Below, in pieces: positions 58,696 to 64,000 of a DNA stretch of 64,000 nt (position 1 is the stretch's first letter; every line of letters begins with the position of its first letter). The translations under genes were made by a program, and so were the position numbers. Source of the stretch: Candidatus Moraniibacteriota bacterium (lineage in GTDB: Bacteria > Patescibacteriota > Minisyncoccia > Moranbacterales > UBA1568); NCBI GenBank assembly GCA_963743885.1, contig CAVURJ010000001.1:279488-343487 (forward strand), read 5' to 3'. Under the pieces are notes generated by a model. That model was not told where the DNA came from and made no database searches. It worked only from the letters and a program-made list of their open reading frames with translations.

Positions 58696-58743
58696 TACCC
58701 CGACAAAAAGAAGAACAAGAAAACCGAAACAAAAGATGTTTTT

Positions 58744-60459
58744 ATGCAGAATATAACGATCCGGATAAACGGAGTGACGTTTCCGGTTGAACCAGGCAAA
58801 ACGGTCCTTGATGCGGCTCGTGAGAACGGCATCAAGATACCGGCGCTCTGCTTTCATCCGGATGTCGAGACGAGGAATCATTGCGGTATGTGCGTCGTGG
58901 AGGTCAGGGGCGAGGGAAATCTTCGACATGCCTGCGCGACAACCGTAGAGGAGGGGATGGAGATTACGACTGTTTCCGATCGGATTACTGAGGAACGGAA
59001 GAAGAATCTGGACCGCGTGCTCAAGAAGCATGTGATGGAATGCGACGACTGCGTATGGATGGGACGTTGCCAACTTCTGGAGCTCGTCAAAGAGATCAAG
59101 GCGAAGCCGATAGCGGCGAAACACGAGGAAGATAGGGTGCTCCAGGTGGGTACGATGGTCTTCGACCAGACCAAGTGCATTGGTTGCGAGCATTGCGTGA
59201 GCGTCTGTCCGACGGGATTTCTTGATATGAATGACCGTGGGCGAGTCTGCCCTTCGGCGGATGGCGAGAAGGACTGTGTGAACTGCGGCCAGTGCATCCT
59301 CCATTGCCCGGTCGGCGCCATCGAGGGTGTCGGGGAATTCGAGGAATTGGAGAAGATCTTTGCGGACAAGGAAAAGACGGTCGTAGTGCAGTTCGCACCG
59401 GCAATCCGCGCGAGCATCGGGGACGAGTTCGGCATGCCGGAGGGCACGGTCGCTACGGGCCAGCTGGTAGCCGGTCTCAAGAAGCTCGGGTTCAGTTTCG
59501 TCTTTGATATGGCGTCTGCGGCTGATTTTACGACGATGGAAGAGGCTGGCGAAGTCGTCGAGCGGGTGACGAGTGGAGAGCGCCTGCCAATCATGACGTC
59601 ATGCTGCCCGGCCTGGGTGAAATTCGTAGAGTTCAATTATCCGGAATTCATCCCGAACCTTGCGACGTCACGGTCGCCGCAAATCATGCTCGGTGGCATC
59701 GTCAAGAATTACTGGAGTCAGAAGAATGGTATCGATCCGAAGAATGTCTTCGTAGTGTCCATCATGCCGTGTGTGGCCAAGAAATTCGAAATCAGGCGGG
59801 AGGAGCTCATGATAGACGGCTATCGCCCGGTGGATATGGTGCTCACGACGCGCGAGCTGGCGCGGCTTTTCAAGAAGAAGGGGATCGATTTGAAGGAGGT
59901 CGGCGAAGCGGATGCGGATGGTCCACTCGGTAGTCCGTCGGGGGCGGGTGTGATCTATGGTGCGAGCGGCGGCGTCTTCGAATCGGCACTCCGCACGGTC
60001 TATTACAAGATGACCGGAGAGAATCTTCCAGAGGGAGCAGTTGAGGAGATCCGCGGTCAGGAAGGCATCAAGGGGAAGAAACTTACGATCAGCGGAAAGA
60101 CAGTGAAGGTCTGCGTGGTAAGCGGCATTCGAAATGCCAAGAAGGCGCTTGATATGCTCAAGGAACACCCGGGACTTTTTGATGCGCTCGAAGTGATGGC
60201 CTGTCCAGGTGGATGCATCGCCGGTGGTGGCCAGCCGGTGCCGATAAGTCGCTCTATCGTCAAGGAGCGGGCGCGGTCGCTTTACGCTATTGATAGCGGA
60301 AAGGAGATCCGGTATGCCCATGAGAATCCGGCGGTGAAGGAGGCCTATGAGGAGTTCTTCGTGAATGAGGAGATACGGAAGAAGATCCTGCATACGCGGT
60401 TCGCGCCGAGGGAAAAATCCGATATACAGACGCTAAAAAACTCAAAAGAAACGCTATGA
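58744..60459 (+). CDS. hydA: [FeFe]-hydrogenase catalytic subunit (2Fe-2S and 4Fe-4S N-terminal domains plus H-cluster domain)
   Basis: H-cluster motifs L1 TSCCPAW, L2 MPCVAKKFE, L3 EVMACPGGCIAGGGQP. N-terminal CFHPDVETRNHCGMC ferredoxin-like and CIGCEHCVSVCP / CVNCGQCILHCP 4Fe-4S motifs. Confidence 0.9.
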   Translation: MQNITIRINGVTFPVEPGKTVLDAARENGIKIPALCFHPDVETRNHCGMCVVEVRGEGNLRHACATTVEEGMEITTVSDRITEERKKNLDRVLKKHVMECDDCVWMGRCQLLELVKEIKAKPIAAKHEEDRVLQVGTMVFDQTKCIGCEHCVSVCPTGFLDMNDRGRVCPSADGEKDCVNCGQCILHCPVGAIEGVGEFEELEKIFADKEKTVVVQFAPAIRASIGDEFGMPEGTVATGQLVAGLKKLGFSFVFDMASAADFTTMEEAGEVVERVTSGERLPIMTSCCPAWVKFVEFNYPEFIPNLATSRSPQIMLGGIVKNYWSQKNGIDPKNVFVVSIMPCVAKKFEIRREELMIDGYRPVDMVLTTRELARLFKKKGIDLKEVGEADADGPLGSPSGAGVIYGASGGVFESALRTVYYKMTGENLPEGAVEEIRGQEGIKGKKLTISGKTVKVCVVSGIRNAKKALDMLKEHPGLFDALEVMACPGGCIAGGGQPVPISRSIVKERARSLYAIDSGKEIRYAHENPAVKEAYEEFFVNEEIRKKILHTRFAPREKSDIQTLKNSKETL

Positions 60460-60968
60460 GCAACGAGAACGTTTTTGCATTCGATCGGAGCAAAGCTCTT
60501 CTTCTGACGCAGTTCGCGGCGCTCGTCGGCATCGCGACGGTCGTGCCGCTCTTCCATCAGCAGATGATCACGGGACCAGTCGTCAATGCGACGCTTTTCG
60601 TGGCAGCTGTCCTCTTGGGAACGCAGATGGGAGTGTTCGTCGGGCTCATCCCGAGCATCATCGCGCTTTCGGTCGGCACGCTGCCGGCTCCGCTTGCTCC
60701 GATGGTGCCGTATATCATGCTCTCGAACGCGATCCTCATCCTCGCGTTCAACGCGTTCCGTGAGAGGAATTATTGGCTGGCGGTCGGCATTGCGAGCGCG
60801 CTCAAGTTCGCGTTTCTGTGGGCGACAAGCTCGGTCGTCATCGGGTTGCTCATGAAGAAGGAACTTGCTGAGAGTGTGGCGCTTATGATGAGCTGGCCGC
60901 AGCTCCTGACGGCGCTTCTCGGCGGCGCGTTGGCGAGTTTGTTTTTGCGCATGTATAAGGCGGAATAG
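60456..60968 (+). CDS. Hypothetical polytopic membrane protein (possibly a small-molecule transporter S-component-like)
   Basis: 170 aa, five predicted TM helices. Start overlaps the hydA stop by 4 nt. Confidence 0.4.
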   Translation: MSNENVFAFDRSKALLLTQFAALVGIATVVPLFHQQMITGPVVNATLFVAAVLLGTQMGVFVGLIPSIIALSVGTLPAPLAPMVPYIMLSNAILILAFNAFRERNYWLAVGIASALKFAFLWATSSVVIGLLMKKELAESVALMMSWPQLLTALLGGALASLFLRMYKAE

Positions 60969-61182
60969 GAGCGTGTTACGTTTCCGACAAGAAACTCTTT
61001 TTGAAGAAAAAGAAAAACTCACCGCTCTTGTTTCTATCGAAACATTTCCCTCCCTCTTCACGACCTGAGGAAATCTTTCGAGAAACAAGAGCGTCTCAGA
61101 CAGTTTCTTTTTCTCAAAAAGACATCTTGCCGGAAACAGTCTTGCCCACCGATTTGTGAGTATCCGATTTTTTACGAACTAA

Positions 61183-61217
61183 AAAACCACCCTTCGATAA
61201 GTTCGGGGTGGTTTTTT
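61183..61217. terminator. Bidirectional terminator between convergent genes
   Basis: aaaaaaccaccc-ttcgataagttc-ggggtggtttttt. Confidence 0.65.
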
Positions 61218-61220
61218 CTG

Positions 61221-61397
61221 CTACTTCGCGTCTTTAGCGAGAGTGCGGATGGCCTTGGTCGAAAGGCGGAGCTTGACGCCACCTACGCGCTTGGTCTGAA
61301 CATTGACCTTGAAAGTGCGGCGGCTGGCGATGTTGGAGTGGCTCCGGGAATTGCCGGTGGCGGTTCCGCGTCCGGTGAGCTGGCATGTACGGCTCAT
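61221..61397 (-). CDS. rpmB: 50S ribosomal protein L28 (bL28)
   Basis: MSRTCQLTGRGTATGNSRSHSNIASRRTFKVNVQTKRV matches bL28. Start at the internal Met, giving 58 aa. Confidence 0.85.
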   Translation of the reverse strand: MSRTCQLTGRGTATGNSRSHSNIASRRTFKVNVQTKRVGGVKLRLSTKAIRTLAKDAK

Positions 61398-61514
61398 AGA
61401 ATCCTGTTGAACAGTTACAAAAATGAGAGTATCATATCTTTGCTCCCTTGGCAAGGCTCCGCTCGGGAATCCGCCAAGAAGCTAAAAAGCTAATGAAGCT
61501 AAAAAGCTGTTTCT

Positions 61515-62237
61515 ATGGCCAATGAAATCGTCCTGGTCGGCTTCTATCTCCTGACGCTCGTCTACTCGGTCATCATCCATGAGGTCTCGCATGGCGTCGT
61601 GGCGCTGTGGCTTGGCGACCTGACGGCCAAATACGCCGATCGACTCAATCTCAATCCGTGGAAGCATATCGATCCGTTCGGATCGATCATCCTGCCGGCG
61701 CTCATGTTTGTGAGCACGGGGTTCGCGTTCGGCTGGGCCAAGCCGGTGCCGTACAACCCGTACAATCTGCGCGACCAGAAGTGGGGGCCGGTCCTCGTGG
61801 CGCTCGCTGGTCCGATCTCCAATCTACTCCTCGCGCTTGTGGCTGCTCTTACCGCTGCTGTGCTGCCGCTCTCATCGCTTGCCCGAATGGACATTATGGA
61901 CCGTTTCATTGGTGTCATCGCCGGCCGCGGGGATTTCATGGATCGTTTCGGATTGCTCGCCGAGGCGCTTTCCGGATCGTTTTCTGCTATCCTGTTTGGG
62001 CTTCTGCTCTTGGTCATCTTCTGGAATGTCGTCCTGGCTTGCTTCAATCTGCTACCTATCCCGCCGCTCGACGGTTCGAAGCTTCTCTATGCGCTCGTGC
62101 CGCTCCGTGAGCGGACCATGTTCCTGCTCGAGCAATATGGCCTTTTCTTCCTTATTTTCGCCATATTCTTCCTGGCTGGCCCGATCAGCTGGTTCATCAA
62201 TACAGTCCTCGGATTCTTCCTAGCGATTGCTGCATGA
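61515..62237 (+). CDS. Site-2 protease family (peptidase M50) membrane metalloprotease
   Basis: HEVSHG (HExxH) in the first TM, NLLPIPPLDGSK second zinc-ligand motif. Polytopic. Confidence 0.8.
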   Translation: MANEIVLVGFYLLTLVYSVIIHEVSHGVVALWLGDLTAKYADRLNLNPWKHIDPFGSIILPALMFVSTGFAFGWAKPVPYNPYNLRDQKWGPVLVALAGPISNLLLALVAALTAAVLPLSSLARMDIMDRFIGVIAGRGDFMDRFGLLAEALSGSFSAILFGLLLLVIFWNVVLACFNLLPIPPLDGSKLLYALVPLRERTMFLLEQYGLFFLIFAIFFLAGPISWFINTVLGFFLAIAA

Positions 62238-62291
62238 GCCGGTAGGAGAGGACGGCGAATGCCGTCATTTTTCCCGGTATTTGCAATAGGG

Positions 62292-62321
62292 TTGACAGGA
62301 ATCCTGGAAATAGGGTAGTAT
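62292..62321 (+). promoter_or_regulatory. Sigma70 promoter TTGACA-18-TAGTAT upstream of rpsL
   Basis: TTGACA at 62292-62297, TAGTAT at 62316-62321. Confidence 0.45.
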
Positions 62322-62406
62322 GGCCTACACGGAAAGCCTCGGCTTTTCTGTTTTTTCTGAAACTGTTTTCGTATCGTTTTTTCGGACAATCCTTAACGTC
62401 ACCGCT

Positions 62407-62823
62407 GTGGCCACTATCAACCAGCTCATCAAGCGTCCTCGCAAGTCCGGGGCCAGGAAGTCGAAGTCTCCAGCAATGGGGTATTCGACCAACACTGTGA
62501 AGAACCGCAATACCTATCACGACAGCCCGTTCAAGCGCGGCGTCTGCATCAAGGTGTCGACCACTACGCCGAAGAAGCCGAACTCCGCTCTCCGCAAGAT
62601 CGCTCGCGTGCGTTTGACGAACGGCATGGAAGTGACGGCCTATATCCCGGGTGAGGGACACAACCTTCAGGAGCACTCGATCGTCATGATCCGCGGTGGC
62701 CGCGTGAAGGACCTTCCGGGCGTGCGCTATCACATCGTCCGTGGCACGTTTGATGCCGCCGGCGTAGCGCGCAAGCAGAGCCGCTCGAAGTACGGTGCGA
62801 AGAAGGATAAGAAGAAGGACTAA
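62407..62823 (+). CDS. rpsL: 30S ribosomal protein S12 (uS12)
   Basis: GTG start giving (M)[13 protein letters not shown]. Full uS12 conservation including the [10 protein letters not shown] loop. The upstream in-frame extension lacks homology. Confidence 0.85.
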   Translation: MATINQLIKRPRKSGARKSKSPAMGYSTNTVKNRNTYHDSPFKRGVCIKVSTTTPKKPNSALRKIARVRLTNGMEVTAYIPGEGHNLQEHSIVMIRGGRVKDLPGVRYHIVRGTFDAAGVARKQSRSKYGAKKDKKKD

Positions 62824-62931
62824 TCTGGACAGGGCGCAGGGTATAGGAAAAATGGTATAGAGGCTGAATATATCGTTTTCCTGAAATTTTCCCTAACTCC
62901 CTAAACCCTTACCCCCTAAAACCTGTTATCT

Positions 62932-63399
62932 ATGCCACGAAGAAAGCGTAATTATCAGCGCGAATGGAAGCCGGATGCGGTCTATGACAATCCGCTGGTA
63001 GGTCATTTCATCGGCATGATCATGTGGAACGGCAAGAAGAGCGTCGCCCAGAAGATCATCTACGATGCATTTGATATCATCCACGAGCGCACCAAGAAGG
63101 GCGGGCTCAATACTTTCGAGCAGGCGATCAAGAACGTTTCCCCACTCCTCCAGCTTAAGAGCCGCCGTGTCGGCGGAGCCAACTACCAGGTGCCGGTCCC
63201 GGTGTCGAGTGAACGCCGCCAGGTGCTCGCGATGCGCTGGATCCGCGAGGCATGCCGCAACAAGAAGGGCAAGCCGATGTCTGAGAAGCTGGCCGATGAG
63301 CTGCTTGATGCTTCGAACAAGATCGGTGTCGCCATGAAGAAGCGCGACGAGACCCACCGCATGGCCGAGGCGAACAAGGCGTTTGCGCACTTTGCCTAA
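62932..63399 (+). CDS. rpsG: 30S ribosomal protein S7 (uS7)
   Basis: MPRRKRNYQRE..., VPVPVSSERRQVLAMRWIREA. Confidence 0.95.
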   Translation: MPRRKRNYQREWKPDAVYDNPLVGHFIGMIMWNGKKSVAQKIIYDAFDIIHERTKKGGLNTFEQAIKNVSPLLQLKSRRVGGANYQVPVPVSSERRQVLAMRWIREACRNKKGKPMSEKLADELLDASNKIGVAMKKRDETHRMAEANKAFAHFA

Positions 63400-63529
63400 A
63401 AAAAGTTTAAAATCATGTTCACGAGTTAACGAGTTAACGGGTTGTTTTTTCAAAGAGCAACCTGTTTACTTTTCCGTTTTAAACGCGTTAACACGTGAAC
63501 CCGTTAACTGATAAATATTCAATAATCTT

Positions 63530-64000
63530 ATGTCCCGCAAGACTTCCATCGATCATTATCGCAATATCGGCATCATCGCCCATATCGACGCCGGCAAGAC
63601 GACGACGACTGAGCGCATCCTTTTCTATACCGGCATTACGCACAAGATCGGCGAGGTGCACGAAGGTGCAGCGACCATGGACTGGATGGAACAGGAACAG
63701 GAGCGCGGTATCACCATCACATCGGCTGCGACGACCTGTTACTGGAAGGGTCATCATATCAACATCATCGATACCCCTGGACACGTGGACTTCACCGTAG
63801 AAGTGGAGCGTTCTTTGCGCGTGCTTGATGGTGGTGTTGTCGTTTTTGATGGCAAGGAAGGCGTAGAACCGCAGTCTGAGACCGTGTGGCGCCAGGCGGA
63901 GAAGTATTCCGTTCCGCGCATGTGCTTTATCAACAAGATCGATAAGGAAGGCGCTGTCTTTGAAGATGCTATCGCTTCTATCTGGAACCGCCTGACTCCG
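63530..64000 (+). CDS. fusA: Elongation factor G (5' part; runs off the window end)
   Basis: [35 protein letters not shown] is the G1 motif. Third gene of the str operon after rpsL and rpsG. Confidence 0.9.
   Translation, partial: MSRKTSIDHYRNIGIIAHIDAGKTTTTERILFYTGITHKIGEVHEGAATMDWMEQEQERGITITSAATTCYWKGHHINIIDTPGHVDFTVEVERSLRVLDGGVVVFDGKEGVEPQSETVWRQAEKYSVPRMCFINKIDKEGAVFEDAIASIWNRLTP

Noticed and set aside
62320-62406. N-terminal 29-aa extension of rpsL from ATG 62320
   Set aside because: uS12 conservation begins at (M)ATINQL, encoded from GTG 62407. The upstream residues are hydrophobic junk overlapping the promoter and 5' UTR.

Overview
This 64 kb window is mostly conserved housekeeping genes. 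The gene content suggests a small-genome, ~55% GC bacterium with CPR/Patescibacteria-like traits (DUF4012 protein, lamin-tail/PKD surface protein, truncated TsaB-like gene, several starts without Shine-Dalgarno, [FeFe] hydrogenase); this is inference from gene content only.

Genes called: yvcK-like, an FNR-like oxidoreductase, a P-type ATPase, thrS, rpoB-rpoC, ftsK, a PaaX-like regulator, a RodZ-like protein, recA, rpsF-ssb-rpsR, efp, gyrB, rplY, an NfeD-like/SPFH pair, pth, an LCP protein, lepB, hisS, a HIT protein, rpsU, GatB/YqeY, ybeY, dgkA, ftsA, ftsZ, nrdR, a YggU-like protein, comEC, ndk, hydA, rpmB, an M50 protease, rpsL-rpsG-fusA (fusA runs off the window end), and four tRNAs (Pro-TGG, Gly-TCC, Gly-CCC, Pro-GGG).

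No rRNA, CRISPR array, integrase or transposase is visible. The unusual part is the non-coding DNA:
- A ~170 bp structured element in three copies (1382-1540 inverted, 48693-48870, 58263-58423). The copies show compensatory hairpin changes and CUUG tetraloops.
- A 186 bp element with terminal inverted repeats, present in direct copies immediately upstream of ftsA and ftsZ.
- A ~150 bp repeat in two copies (47563-47712 and 54307-54456).
- A ~40-60 nt GC-rich unit, tandemly duplicated in frame inside pth and present once upstream of gyrB.
- AT-rich low-complexity intergenic repeats.
- Both tRNA-Gly genes are followed by a co-varying hairpin and an inverted copy of their own 3' end; a degenerate tRNA-Gly-like fragment and a duplicated tRNA-Pro 3' fragment also occur.
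- A ~460 nt terminator-bounded region with no ORF (32160-32610).
- A consensus sigma70 promoter (TTGACA-17-TATACT) driving a short transcript at 42573-42848.
- Tandem GAAGCT 9-mers directly upstream of three start codons.
- Palindromic ATAAAGT/ACTTTAT arrays upstream of recA and efp.
- Paired palindromic operators around the PaaX-like regulator.
- An A6 homopolymer frameshift splitting comEC.

All identifications are by eye from translated motifs; no database search was run.
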